A stretch of DNA of 64,000 bases from an uncultured Planctomycetaceae bacterium (GCA_963815195.1 CAWFGE010000006.1:96001-160000); one strand, 5' to 3'; shown: positions 9,021 through 19,520, counted from the stretch's first letter. The notes: generated by a model not told the origin, from the letters alone. Made by a program: numbers and translations.

Positions 9021-10316
9021 CTAAACTTCAACGGTCCGCACTGCGAACCCCACGCGTTCTTCTATCGCTTTCTCCAAGGTTTGATCGAAGGCCCGGCCGA
9101 CGGCCAGCGCGCTGTTGACGCCGTCTTCGTGGAAGCCGTTGCCCCAGTAGGCTCCGCAAAACGAGGTGCGGTTTTGCCGAACGAGTTCGCCGTGCCGAGC
9201 CTGCGCCGCGGCCCGCTTCGTGGTGTAGATCGGATGGTGATACGTCATCGTTTGAATAATTCGCGCGGGATCGATCGCGTCGGTTTCGTTCAAGGTCACA
9301 TTGAACACGTGCCGGGATTCGAGGGACTGGAGGATATTCATGTTGTAGGTCACCGTCGCGGCGGCGGTTTCGTCTTTTGGGAGATGATAGTTCCAACTTG
9401 CCCAGCACTTTTTCATCCTCGGCAAGACCGAGGGATCGGTATGCAGCACGGCCGTGTTCTGTTGATAGGGAAACTCGCTTAATACGTCCCGTTCCGTCGG
9501 AGACGCGTCCTCTAAGATGCGCAAAGCCTGATCGCTGTGGCAGGCGAAAATCACTTCGTCGAACCGCTCGGGCGCACCGCCCTCGGTTGCGATTTCCACG
9601 AAATCCGGATACCGAGTCGCGGACAAAACCGGACAATTCAAGCGGATTTGCTCCCGGAACCCGGCGGTGAGCTTGTCCACGTAACGCCAAGAGCCACCTT
9701 GGATGACGTACCACTGCGGGCGGTTTCGCAGGCTGAGCAAGCCGTGATGGTGATAGAATTCGACGATGAACCGCATCGGGAATTGCCGAAACACGCCCGG
9801 CGGACACGACCAAATGGCAGCGCCCATCGGCACCAGATACTGGCCGATGAACTCTTGGGAATAGCGGTGCTGCCGGACGTATTCGCCGACAGTTACCTCG
9901 TCGCCGGCCGTTTCCAACAGGGCCAGCGATTCGCGGTTGAACCGCGTGATGTCTTTGAGCATCCGGTAGAAGCCGGGGCGGAACAGGTTTCGCCGTTGGG
10001 CAAACAGCCGGTTTAAGGAGGTGCCGTTGTACTCGAGGCCGGTGCGGTCCGAGCGGACGCTGAAGCTCATCGACGTCGGCTGAATGGGGACCCGAAGATG
10101 GTCGAGCAGTTGGAGGAAATTGGGATAGGTGCGGTCGTTGCAGACGATAAAGCCGGTGTCGATGGCGTGCCGTTCGCCCTGCCAATGGACGTCCACGGTG
10201 TGAGTGTGGCCGCCGAGGTAGTCGTTGGCCTCGAAGAGGGTGACCTCATAATCGCGATGCAGCAGATAGGCCGCAACGAGACCGGAGATTCCAGAACCAA
10301 CAATCGCAATCCGCAT
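9021..10316 (-). CDS. FAD-dependent oxidoreductase (amine oxidase family, cfa-associated)
   Basis: RIAIVGSGISGL, LGGHTHT, DTGFIVCNDRTYPNF, WASWNY, CGAYWGNGFHEDG. Confidence 0.92.
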   Translation of the reverse strand: MRIAIVGSGISGLVAAYLLHRDYEVTLFEANDYLGGHTHTVDVHWQGERHAIDTGFIVCNDRTYPNFLQLLDHLRVPIQPTSMSFSVRSDRTGLEYNGTSLNRLFAQRRNLFRPGFYRMLKDITRFNRESLALLETAGDEVTVGEYVRQHRYSQEFIGQYLVPMGAAIWSCPPGVFRQFPMRFIVEFYHHHGLLSLRNRPQWYVIQGGSWRYVDKLTAGFREQIRLNCPVLSATRYPDFVEIATEGGAPERFDEVIFACHSDQALRILEDASPTERDVLSEFPYQQNTAVLHTDPSVLPRMKKCWASWNYHLPKDETAAATVTYNMNILQSLESRHVFNVTLNETDAIDPARIIQTMTYHHPIYTTKRAAAQARHGELVRQNRTSFCGAYWGNGFHEDGVNSALAVGRAFDQTLEKAIEERVGFAVRTVEV

Positions 10317-10699
10317 AGATTCGTTCCGCGTCACTTCCTAGCCCCCCATCTTGGGTGGGTGCGATTGTGTTCAGATCTATCGAGAGGAATTCAAATGATT
10401 CGGAAACCCAAGGGGAGAATGAGTGGGAATTCGATGGCGGGTTTGAATCCCCTGGGGGGATTTGATTGAAACACCAAAACACCCATTCAGGGAAAATTCC
10501 CCGATCAAGATTTGAGCAGGTTAGCATCAAGTGTCTGAAACAACAAGCAATCCCGGATAGTTGACGGTTTTATCTACAATTTGGTCTTGACGAAAACGCG
10601 ACTTTCGGGAACATTTCGCCCGAATGGACTCAAGTTTCGGCGTCGGGAAGCCGACGCCGCCGTGCCGGGCGGGTTCCGGTTGCCAAGGATGGTTTCCCC

Positions 10700-11374
10700 A
10701 TGAAACGCTGGCTAACGCATCTCACGATCGCGGCTTATCTCACGACCTTGGGGTGGGGACTGGTGTCGCATACGCTGCAGTTCGGCACGGGCATCCACCC
10801 CACGATGTATTTCATCGTGTGGGACATGTTCTGCGGCTGGGCGGCCTATTCCACCCGCAACCAGGTCATCGTCGAGGGCGAAAGCGGCAAGTTCTATGAG
10901 GTCCTCCCTCCGCCCTGGGGGGAGTACCGGCCCTACGGCAATCTGGGACGCCGGCATTACGACCCCTACCAAACCTTCTGCGCGTCGATGGCTCTGAACG
11001 TGCTCAACCACACAGATCACGAACCGGTCGCGCGGATTTTCGTGCTCGAAGAAGCCTGGCCCAAGAAATTCAACCTGCCCGACCCGCTCTGGGACGCCCG
11101 CTACGAAGAACCCAAGATGCCCCACCGCTACCGGCACGTCCGGCACGTCTTCACGAGCGACGGCGTCGTGCTCCAGTCGAACTCCAACTGGCTGACCACG
11201 CAAATGAATATGACGATGTCCAACAACCCCCGCTTGGAAGCCGAGTTTCGCAAAACCCGGCCGTTCGTGACGCTGGGCTTTAGCGAGATGGAGCAAAACC
11301 AACTCTTCCAACAGTCGGCCCCGTGGAACACGGGCGATTCGCCCCAAGTCAGCGGCTCCCCGCTCGGCCATTGA
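10700..11374 (+). CDS. Hypothetical membrane-anchored protein, partner of the HTTM protein
   Basis: N-terminal TM helix, WDMF motif, directly upstream of the HTTM gene. Confidence 0.7.
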   Translation: MKRWLTHLTIAAYLTTLGWGLVSHTLQFGTGIHPTMYFIVWDMFCGWAAYSTRNQVIVEGESGKFYEVLPPPWGEYRPYGNLGRRHYDPYQTFCASMALNVLNHTDHEPVARIFVLEEAWPKKFNLPDPLWDARYEEPKMPHRYRHVRHVFTSDGVVLQSNSNWLTTQMNMTMSNNPRLEAEFRKTRPFVTLGFSEMEQNQLFQQSAPWNTGDSPQVSGSPLGH

Positions 11375-11494
11375 TTCCGCGCGGAAATCACTCAGCCTCG
11401 ATGATCAAACACTCCGGCGAGCGGCCGGCGTCAGCCGGCTGATCATTCACAACGAACAACAAGCGCCCCAATCAACAAGGATGTCCCGGTGAGC

Positions 11495-13036
11495 ATGAGC
11501 ACACAATCGTTTTCTCGGCAGGATGCCCGGATTTCCGAACGGATTCGCGATTTCTTCTATCGGGAGGAAACGCCGTTTTCGCTGGCGCTGGTGCGCATGT
11601 TGATGCCCCTGGTGCTGTTGACCGTGATGCTGCCCCGCTGGGCCACCACCCGCGAACTGTATTCCACCGACGGGGCCCCTTGCCCGTTGAGCACCGTCTA
11701 CGGATGGTGCAATATGCTGCCCCTGGTTTCCGGCGAAGTCATGGTGGTCTTGCACACCATCTTGATTCTCGCCCTCGTCGCCAGTTCGATCGGCTGGTGC
11801 ACGCGGATGTCGTTGGCCATCAGCACCGTGCTTTACATCTACCTCAATATGCTGGATTCCGTCAGCACGATCACCAAGTATTCCGTGATCGCGTCGCACA
11901 TCATGATTCTCCTGACCGTGTCCCCGTGCGGGGCGGTGTGGTCCGTCGATAGCTGGCTCGCGGGCTGCCGGCGGCGGAAAACCCTCTGGCCCGGAGAGCC
12001 AAGGGTGGCCTGGCCGAAGTTTCCCGTGTGGCCGCAGCGATTGATGCAACTGTTGATCGGCACCGTCTACCTGGGCGCCGCCATCACCAAAATGCACACG
12101 CCGGAATTCTTCAGCGGCGACCAGATCGTGTTCTGGATGCTCTCGAACGTGAACTTCTCCAATCCGGCCGGCGAGGTGCTCTCGCAATACCCCACGCTCG
12201 TCGTGGCGTCGGCTTACGTGACCATCGTCTGGGAAGTGCTGTTTTTGTTCCTGGCTTGGAAAGGCCTTGGCCGGCGGGTGATGATCTCGGCCGGCGTGTT
12301 CTTTCACGTGATGACCTTGATGACGTTGGGCTTATACACCTTCCCGATGGTTTGCAGCACGATCTACTTCTCGTACCTCGGGGAAGACGACATTCAGCAC
12401 TTCGCCGCCCGCTTCCGCCGACTGCGCAGGCGCTGGAAGTTTCCCGCCTGGAGCATAGGCGGCGCGGCTCCCGCCGTCGATAGGGCCCGGCTCATGTGGC
12501 GGTCTTGGGCCGTGTATGCGGGGGTGATGCTCCTCACCGCGACCGCGGGCCTCGTTGCGGAATACCTGATGGACCCCTATGGAATCCGCCGGCCCGAAGG
12601 CCGCTACACGCTCAAGGAGATTTCTCCCGAAGCCGCCCACCGCTGGTTTCAGCGGACGGAGCCGATTCGCGAGGAAGACAAGATCTTTTCCTTCGACGTC
12701 GGCACGATCTGCATGGGCGATTCGCTCGCCAACCGCCGCCGGGTCTTTCATCATGGGGAACTCCTCGTCGCGCAGGTCAGCCTGAATCCTCCGCACGAAG
12801 ACCTGTACATCGAATGCAACCTGCACGACGGGGAAGGCCGGCTGATGCACCGCTTGGGTTCGCCGATTCCCCGCGAGCGGTTCCGCGGCCATTTTAATTA
12901 CCGGCTGACGCCGTCTCTGCCGCCGGGCGAATACCAGTTGGTGCTCAACTCGAAAGGCAAAGAACTCTGCCGGCGCACGTTCCACCTCCTGGCGAACGAT
13001 GCCAAACCCGACGCCCGCGCCGCCTCGGCGAACTGA
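11495..13036 (+). CDS. HTTM domain protein (vitamin K-dependent carboxylase/SdpB-like)
   Basis: SLALVRM, IGWCTR, WSVDSWL, WPQRLMQLLIGTVYLGAAITK, GVFFH; soluble C-terminal domain. Confidence 0.85.
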   Translation: MSTQSFSRQDARISERIRDFFYREETPFSLALVRMLMPLVLLTVMLPRWATTRELYSTDGAPCPLSTVYGWCNMLPLVSGEVMVVLHTILILALVASSIGWCTRMSLAISTVLYIYLNMLDSVSTITKYSVIASHIMILLTVSPCGAVWSVDSWLAGCRRRKTLWPGEPRVAWPKFPVWPQRLMQLLIGTVYLGAAITKMHTPEFFSGDQIVFWMLSNVNFSNPAGEVLSQYPTLVVASAYVTIVWEVLFLFLAWKGLGRRVMISAGVFFHVMTLMTLGLYTFPMVCSTIYFSYLGEDDIQHFAARFRRLRRRWKFPAWSIGGAAPAVDRARLMWRSWAVYAGVMLLTATAGLVAEYLMDPYGIRRPEGRYTLKEISPEAAHRWFQRTEPIREEDKIFSFDVGTICMGDSLANRRRVFHHGELLVAQVSLNPPHEDLYIECNLHDGEGRLMHRLGSPIPRERFRGHFNYRLTPSLPPGEYQLVLNSKGKELCRRTFHLLANDAKPDARAASAN

Positions 13037-13078
13037 CAATTCCCACGGCTTTTTTGCCGTTCACAATGCACCAGGATA

Positions 13079-15007
13079 TTACTTCTCCGGTCGGCTCAAA
13101 CCTTCCAGGTATGCGAGAATCTCCAGCACCTCGTCCCGGGTGAAGCGGTCCAAAAGCGATTTGGGCATCATCGACTTCGAGGACTTGACCATCTCCGCGA
13201 TCTTCTCCCGCGGAATGACCGTCGGCTTCGGAGCTTCCGGATTGACGAGCAGGCTGATGGAATCCTTGTCCTCCGCGGCGACGATGCCCGCCATCGGCAG
13301 ACCGTCCGTGGTGACCACGACCTGCACCTGATACTTCGGCTCGATGCGATGCGAGGGATCCAAAATCTCCCGGAGCACGCCCCGCCGATCGCCTTTCCAG
13401 CGCTTGAACACGTCCGTCAACTCCGGCCCCACCTGGCCGCCCGCGCCTTTGATCCGATGGCAGCCGGCACAGGTGGCTTCCTTAAACAGCTTCGCCCCGA
13501 TCTCCGGCGATCGGCCTTGTAGCCCCGCGTCCAAACCGTCCCGGAAATCTTCGATGGTCCACGCCTGGACGAACTCGCGGTTGCTGCCGATGGGGTCCTT
13601 GGGCTTTACCGGGGTTTTGAGCCAGGCGTCAAGATCGGGAACGACGACCATCACACCGTACATCCGCATCCAATGCCGGGGGAAAGTGCAGACGTAGGGA
13701 TATTCGCCCGGCTCCTTCGGCGCGGTGAAAGTCAGCCGTTCGAGTTTCCCCACCGGCACCATGTTCGTGGCATGCAGCACCTTGTCCGACTTGGGCACAT
13801 AAGGTTTGCCCTCGAAACCAGGATTCGGCCCCAACACCGCCCCGGCTTCCGCGACCTCTTGCAGAGCCCCCGGTTGCGTAATCACAAAATTGTGGGGCAT
13901 CAGGTCGTCGTTTTTTAACACAACCTGCACCGGCCGCCCGGCTTCCACCGCGAAATACGCCGTGTCGTACCGCATCTCTTCTTCGATGGTATGAATCTGC
14001 ACCACCCGCACCGTCACCGCCCGCAACCGCTCGCGGTAAACCCGCGCCGACTCTACCGGCAAGCTCGCCAGCAGTTGGTCGGCGAGTTGCATTGCGTTCA
14101 AAAAGTCCTCCGTCGTCCGCTCGGCCGCCGGTGTGGTCTCGGCCAATTCCACGAGAACCTTCGCAAGATCGGCCGCCGGGCCCGGACTGCGATGTTTTTG
14201 GGGAATCTGCAAAAGCGTCCGCACCGCGGCGGGACGAAATTCTCCATCGGACACAAAGGAAGCCACCCGCTCGAACGTCTCCGCCGGTTTTGAAGGCACG
14301 GCCGCGAGGCTTTCGATCGCCGCCTTTCGCACGTCGGACGGTTGCTGCTTGTCCAGAAGTTTCACCAGCGGATCCCACAAAAGCGAGCGTTTCTTGGGAT
14401 CGGGAATCAACCGCACCGCCTCCAACCAATCGAGCGTGGCCTCTTTCGATTTCGTCGCCAACGCCCAAGCCAGCGAACTGTCGCCCGCGACGATCAAGCC
14501 CGCATACCCCATCGGCCGCAGCAGTTTGTTCTCCGCTTTGGTCGCTTCCTCCAAAGCCGGCTTCTTCGCCGCGAGTTCCGGCACCGGCAATTCAAGCAAC
14601 ATCGCCGCCAGTTGCGCCGCGGTCCGCTGATCCTGCCGATCCTCGGCATCCAAAAGATCGACCGCAGAAACCAGTTCGGCAGCCGCATCCGATTTGTTGA
14701 TCGCCATCAGCCCGGCCAGCGCTTCGTCCCGATCCTGCCGAGCCATCCCGGCCCGCGTCAGAATCGCCATATAAACCGGCACGTACTTCGGATCATCGGT
14801 CTTCCGCTCCACCAACAACAGCCGCGCGTTATCCAGCCGATCGAGTTGAAACCAAACAATCCGCGGACTCTTATCCAAAAACACCTTAGGCGGCGGAACG
14901 GTTTCCTGCTTCTCGCCGTGTTCGTGATGCTCGTGCGTTTGCGCAGCGAGGTCGAGAAGAGAACAAGAGAAAAGCCCAGTGGCAATCAAAAGCAAAAATC
15001 GGTTCAT
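13079..15007 (-). CDS. HEAT-like repeat + azurin/plastocyanin-type cupredoxin + cytochrome c protein
   Basis: Signal peptide; MPHNFV and YPYVCTFPRHWMRM type-1 Cu ligands; CAGCH and GPELT/EILDPS/SMMP putative heme-binding domain. Confidence 0.85.
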   Translation of the reverse strand: MNRFLLLIATGLFSCSLLDLAAQTHEHHEHGEKQETVPPPKVFLDKSPRIVWFQLDRLDNARLLLVERKTDDPKYVPVYMAILTRAGMARQDRDEALAGLMAINKSDAAAELVSAVDLLDAEDRQDQRTAAQLAAMLLELPVPELAAKKPALEEATKAENKLLRPMGYAGLIVAGDSSLAWALATKSKEATLDWLEAVRLIPDPKKRSLLWDPLVKLLDKQQPSDVRKAAIESLAAVPSKPAETFERVASFVSDGEFRPAAVRTLLQIPQKHRSPGPAADLAKVLVELAETTPAAERTTEDFLNAMQLADQLLASLPVESARVYRERLRAVTVRVVQIHTIEEEMRYDTAYFAVEAGRPVQVVLKNDDLMPHNFVITQPGALQEVAEAGAVLGPNPGFEGKPYVPKSDKVLHATNMVPVGKLERLTFTAPKEPGEYPYVCTFPRHWMRMYGVMVVVPDLDAWLKTPVKPKDPIGSNREFVQAWTIEDFRDGLDAGLQGRSPEIGAKLFKEATCAGCHRIKGAGGQVGPELTDVFKRWKGDRRGVLREILDPSHRIEPKYQVQVVVTTDGLPMAGIVAAEDKDSISLLVNPEAPKPTVIPREKIAEMVKSSKSMMPKSLLDRFTRDEVLEILAYLEGLSRPEK

Positions 15008-15073
15008 GGCTTGGAATGGCGAAAAACGGGCGGACGATATTGTCTCAAACATTGGTCATTGGAGCTTGGTCAT

Positions 15074-17761
15074 TCATTGGTCATTCAGTTCCAACTGCCG
15101 CAATGTTTCTTCCAGCGTGTACTCTAGCCACTTGTCCGTGTCGTGGTTGAGGGATTCGAGCGCGGTCTCCGTCACGGCGTCGCCTTTGAGGAAACTCAAA
15201 GCCCGCACAGCTTCCAGGCGGACGCGGCCGTGGTCGTCGTTTGCCATTTTTTTCAATAGGGCCAAGGGCTTTTCGATCCGGTCCAGCCAATACGACAGCA
15301 CCCGCACCGCGGCGGCGCGGGCGCGGTAGTCCTTGGCGCTCAAGAGTTGATCGAGCAACTCGCGGTTGACGTGGTTGTGCGTCTGAGAAACCCACAAGGC
15401 TTCGAGCAGGTTGTGCTCGTAATCCTTGTCGCCGGGCGATTGCGTTCGGATCCATTTTTTCAGCTCCGCGATGACCTGGTCCGAATCCCGCTCGGCCAAC
15501 TCCCGGCGGGCGCGGTAGCGGGTGCGGTCTTCGTAGGCTTTAAGGAGTTCCAAAAGGGCCGGGATCGGTTCGCCGGCAATGTTTACGGGCTTGACCAAAG
15601 GCCGGCCGGAGTACGTCACCCGCCAAATTCGGCCGTGGCTGTGGTCGCGGCTCGGATCGCGGAGGTTATGCTGCAAATGGCCGATCAGGGCGTTATGCCA
15701 ATCGACGATATAGAGCGCACCGTCGGGGCCGAATTGCACATCCACCGGGCGAAAGTTGCCGTCTTCGCAGGACACCAGCGGCGTTTTCTCTTTCGCCCCG
15801 AATCCGGAACCGTCATCCAGCATGGACAGCCTGAGCACCGCCCGATCGCCGATCACGTTCGTCAGCAGAAAGTCGCCCTGGTCCTCCTCCGGGAAATTCC
15901 GGCTGGAGACGATTTCGCATCCCGCCGACGGCCGGGCGCACTTTTCGTAGAACGTGGGATAGGCGAGTCGGCCGCGCTGGTCTTTCTTTTTGAACTCGTT
16001 CACGCGGTCGCTTTGCGCACCGCCCACGTGCTTGTTGGGGTAGTCCATCTTGCCCGTGATGGGCGCGGCCCAATAGCTGTAGCCGGGCGAAGCATCGGCG
16101 ACGAAGTCCTGCCCCCAGCGGTCGAACACGTGCCCCCAGGGATTGGCAAAGGCGAAGTTGATGTAGGAGGCGAATTTCTCGGTGCGGGGATCGTACCGCC
16201 AGACCCCGGCTTCGTGCATGCGGGTCAAACCGTAAGGGCTTTCGATTTGGGAATACTTGAACGTGCCTTCCTGAAAATACAACCCCCCGCCCGGCCCCCA
16301 CTCGAACGCCGCGAGCCCGTGATGCGAGTCGGCGGTATCAAACCCCACAAGCTGCCGAACCCGCACGTCGGCCTGGTCGTCGCCGTTGGTGTCTTTGAGG
16401 AACAGAATATCCGGCTGCTGGGCGACAAACGCGCCGCCGCGGCCGATCTCAAAACCCGTCGGCTGATAGAGACCGCCCGCGAAGACTTTGCACTCATCCG
16501 CCCGGCCGTCGTTGTTGTGATCCTCAAAGATCAGCAGCTTGTCGTCGAGCTTCGTCTTCGGTTTCCAATGCGGATAAGACGCCATCGTCGAAACCCACAA
16601 TCGGCCTTTGTTGTCAAAGTTGAGAGCCACAGGATTCGCCAGTTCCGGGAACTGTTCTTCCGAGGCGACGAGATTGATTTCATAACCCGGCGCGAGCTTG
16701 AACAGCTTCCGCTGCTCTTCTGCGGTCCGATAATCGAGCGAACCGAGTTTCCCGGCTTTCTGGTTGGGATCGTTCTTCCCGCCCACGTTGGTTTTCGGCG
16801 TGATGAAAGGCAGCGTATTGCCGTCATCGATGTTTTCGGGAACCGGTTTGCCTTGGGCGATCGCCCAGATTCTGCGGTCGCGGTTGGCGGTCATTTGATC
16901 GAGAATCGCCCGCTCGCGCTCCATCACGTCGGTGTTGTTGTAGGTCCCGTCCGAGCCGGCTTTGCCGCGGGCTCCGTAAATCGAATACCCGTTCACCGCC
17001 CGGTAGCGATGCCACCAGTGGAAGTTCTTGTCATCGATGGCTTTCTTCAATTTGGGATCAAACGCCACGCCCTTCGCATGGAACAATCCTTCCATCAAAA
17101 TCGGTGCCAACGCTTTGTAGCCGGCGGCGCTTAGATGAACTGCATTCAGCGTCAGCCGTTCTTTCGATTCTTCAAACAGCTCTTTTGTCGGATGGAATAC
17201 ATCCACAAAACCCGCGCCGGTTTTCTCGGCGGCGTGTTTGAGGGCGGCGGTGTAGCGTTCCAGGTTTTTATTCTCGGCTTGGCCGTCGGGCAGGTTCGGG
17301 TCGCCGGTGTTCTCGAAAGCGATCGGCGAGATCAACACGACGCGCGGGTGATCGTTGCCGTTGTATTTTTGGTTTTTGGTGTGTTCCACCAAACGGATCA
17401 TCTCGTCGCGGAACGTGTCGAGTCCCTTTTCTCCCGCGAAGGATTCGTTGAACCCGAAGAAATAGAGCACCACGGTCGCCCCGCTGTGTTTGAGGTGGGA
17501 ATCGGGGTCGCCGAAGTTCTGGGAACGAATCCGCTCGAACGGCTCATCGCCGGGAAAGCACAGATTGCGAACGACGAGTTCCTTGTCGGGAAACTTTTTA
17601 TAGAGCAGCGTTTCCCAAGCATTCTGATGCTGCATCCGCTCGCCCAGCGCATTTCCCACCAGGCAAATATGATCGCCCTGCTTCAACTCCAGCACCGCGG
17701 CCTGGCAAAACATTGGAACGAATAAAACCGACAACGCGATAAGGAACAGGGTGCGAATCAT
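15074..17761 (-). CDS. PVC-type membrane-associated dehydrogenase protein (GDSL/SGNH + GSDH-like beta-propeller + HEAT)
   Basis: GNALGERMQ, LTLNAVHL, LANPVALNFDNKGRLWV, FANPWGHVFDRWGQ, FRPVDVQFGPDGALYIVDW, HGRIWRV. Confidence 0.85.
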   Translation of the reverse strand: MIRTLFLIALSVLFVPMFCQAAVLELKQGDHICLVGNALGERMQHQNAWETLLYKKFPDKELVVRNLCFPGDEPFERIRSQNFGDPDSHLKHSGATVVLYFFGFNESFAGEKGLDTFRDEMIRLVEHTKNQKYNGNDHPRVVLISPIAFENTGDPNLPDGQAENKNLERYTAALKHAAEKTGAGFVDVFHPTKELFEESKERLTLNAVHLSAAGYKALAPILMEGLFHAKGVAFDPKLKKAIDDKNFHWWHRYRAVNGYSIYGARGKAGSDGTYNNTDVMERERAILDQMTANRDRRIWAIAQGKPVPENIDDGNTLPFITPKTNVGGKNDPNQKAGKLGSLDYRTAEEQRKLFKLAPGYEINLVASEEQFPELANPVALNFDNKGRLWVSTMASYPHWKPKTKLDDKLLIFEDHNNDGRADECKVFAGGLYQPTGFEIGRGGAFVAQQPDILFLKDTNGDDQADVRVRQLVGFDTADSHHGLAAFEWGPGGGLYFQEGTFKYSQIESPYGLTRMHEAGVWRYDPRTEKFASYINFAFANPWGHVFDRWGQDFVADASPGYSYWAAPITGKMDYPNKHVGGAQSDRVNEFKKKDQRGRLAYPTFYEKCARPSAGCEIVSSRNFPEEDQGDFLLTNVIGDRAVLRLSMLDDGSGFGAKEKTPLVSCEDGNFRPVDVQFGPDGALYIVDWHNALIGHLQHNLRDPSRDHSHGRIWRVTYSGRPLVKPVNIAGEPIPALLELLKAYEDRTRYRARRELAERDSDQVIAELKKWIRTQSPGDKDYEHNLLEALWVSQTHNHVNRELLDQLLSAKDYRARAAAVRVLSYWLDRIEKPLALLKKMANDDHGRVRLEAVRALSFLKGDAVTETALESLNHDTDKWLEYTLEETLRQLELNDQ

Positions 17762-17882
17762 AACAGTTGCCAATGAGTAAAAGTCGAAAGCCAAATCGAA
17801 GGAGACAAGAAAACGGAAGGAGTCCCGAACTCCATCCTCTAACCTCCATCGTCGTGTCGTCAGCCGCCAAACAAAAAAAACG

Positions 17883-18908
17883 TCACTTAGACTGACGAGC
17901 CTCCGGAAGAATGGGCGAATCCCAGCCGGCGATGTCGGCGGGCTTGACGTTCTTGCGGTGCCCGCCGAAGCGGAACGTCGTCGGTTGATAGGGGCCGACG
18001 AAATCGATGTTCGCGTCGGCCTCGACATCCTTTTCCATTCCGGCCGCCCAGAAACAGGCGTTGACGAGCATCCGGCGGAAGTCGTCGTTCAAAATGTCCT
18101 CCGAAGCACCGTAGGTCGTCGTAAACACCCGGCCCTCTTTGCCGGCGGAATTCTTGTAATGCCGAACCCAAACACCGGGGCAGGGCTTTTTGTCTTGGGC
18201 GACGGGGGAATCGATCTTCATGCCGTCGAGAGGTTGAGCGAGAGCGAGCACCTGGCTGTCCGCGAGCGGTGCGGTCCAATAGCCGCCCGCTTGGACCCAA
18301 GGCTGCGACACGCCGCGGAGGATCGGATGCGACTTCGCGTCATCCGCGAGAATCAGCCGCGTGCTCATCGCGTGGTTTTTGCCGTAATGACCGGCCCAGG
18401 TTTCGCCCAGAATCTGCCGGCCGAACCCACCGGGCATGTCCTTCTCTGGGTTGTTGTACGTGAACCGGGCGAACTCGGAGTTTTTGGGAATCTTGAAAGC
18501 GTGCGTCGATGTTCTCAAACCAACCACCGGCCCCGCGCGGTCCAGGTAATCCACAATCGGCTGCATCTGCTCTTTGGGAAAATCCTGAAAGCGGAGAAAG
18601 ATCACCATCAAGTCGGCGGACTTCAATGCCTCGGTGCCGGGCATGTGGCTGGAGCCCGGCAGGATGTCGCCAGATTTGGGATCGACCGAAAACAGCACCG
18701 TGCACTTGAAGCCGTGATGCTTCGCCAGGATGCGGGCGAGCGCGGGGAGGGTTTCTTCCGAGCGGTATTCGTGATCGCCCGCCAGGAACACAATGTGCTT
18801 GCCCTGGCCAATGCCCGAGGTTCCTTCGTAAACCACCGGCTGTGCAAACGCCGGCATCGAAAAAACCAAAATAGCCAACACCGGCAGACTTCGTTTGATC
18901 CACAACAT
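17883..18908 (-). CDS. ThuA-like (class I glutamine amidotransferase fold) exported protein
   Basis: HIVFLAGDHEYRSEETLP, VVGLRTSTHAF, GRVFTTTYG, RRMLVNACFWA. Confidence 0.85.
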   Translation of the reverse strand: MLWIKRSLPVLAILVFSMPAFAQPVVYEGTSGIGQGKHIVFLAGDHEYRSEETLPALARILAKHHGFKCTVLFSVDPKSGDILPGSSHMPGTEALKSADLMVIFLRFQDFPKEQMQPIVDYLDRAGPVVGLRTSTHAFKIPKNSEFARFTYNNPEKDMPGGFGRQILGETWAGHYGKNHAMSTRLILADDAKSHPILRGVSQPWVQAGGYWTAPLADSQVLALAQPLDGMKIDSPVAQDKKPCPGVWVRHYKNSAGKEGRVFTTTYGASEDILNDDFRRMLVNACFWAAGMEKDVEADANIDFVGPYQPTTFRFGGHRKNVKPADIAGWDSPILPEARQSK

Positions 18909-19097
18909 AAAACGGCCTCGATCAGGTTTGGGAAATCGGATGGGAAAAAATCAGTATAACCCCGACCCCAACCCGCCGCCATTTCGAGCGGACGCGACTT
19001 TTGAACTGCCCAACTTAACCAGGGGGCTTACGCGGGCACCGACCGAAGGTTGGTCTGCTCGCCTTTTGGTCCCCATATTGAAGTTATTTTCTTGACG

Positions 19098-19520
19098 TTA
19101 CTCTGTCGGATGTTCCGGCCCGTCCCACAGCCAGCCGAGTTTCATACGGACGAGTGAAAACAGCATCAACGCCAAACTCGCGCCGACAACATCCATCGCG
19201 AAATCCCACACGTCCCCGGTCCGGCTTTCGATGGGGATCTGCAAAACCTCATCGAGGGCCGCATACACCGCGGCGGCCGCCAAGATCAGGAGGGCGAGCT
19301 TGGCGTTCCAATCATTCCACGCGGAGAGCCACAACGACAAGCACCAGACGAAGCCGCCGTAGAACACGAAATGCACGAACTTGTCCGTGTTCTGCGGAAC
19401 GCCTTCGACTTCGGGCATTGGGATGTGCGTGAGCGTGAAGATCGCGATCCAATACGCGGCGAAGAGCCCCGCCAACACGCGCGGATGCCGCGGTAAAATG
19501 CCCCGCCACTGAATCGTCAT
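19098..19520 (-). CDS. VanZ family membrane protein
   Basis: DKFVHFVFYG, YAALDEVLQ, RTGDVWDFAMDVVG. Confidence 0.85.
   Translation of the reverse strand: MTIQWRGILPRHPRVLAGLFAAYWIAIFTLTHIPMPEVEGVPQNTDKFVHFVFYGGFVWCLSLWLSAWNDWNAKLALLILAAAAVYAALDEVLQIPIESRTGDVWDFAMDVVGASLALMLFSLVRMKLGWLWDGPEHPTE

Noticed and set aside
15050..15086. Short ttggtcatt repeats between two genes
   Set aside because: Only three short copies, a low-complexity intergenic repeat with no evident function.
15347..17134. Long antisense ORFs (e.g. 15347..17134, 23219..24742, 42999..44315, 44533..45882, 63101..63940)
   Set aside because: These are shadow frames opposite well-supported genes, as expected in high-GC DNA.
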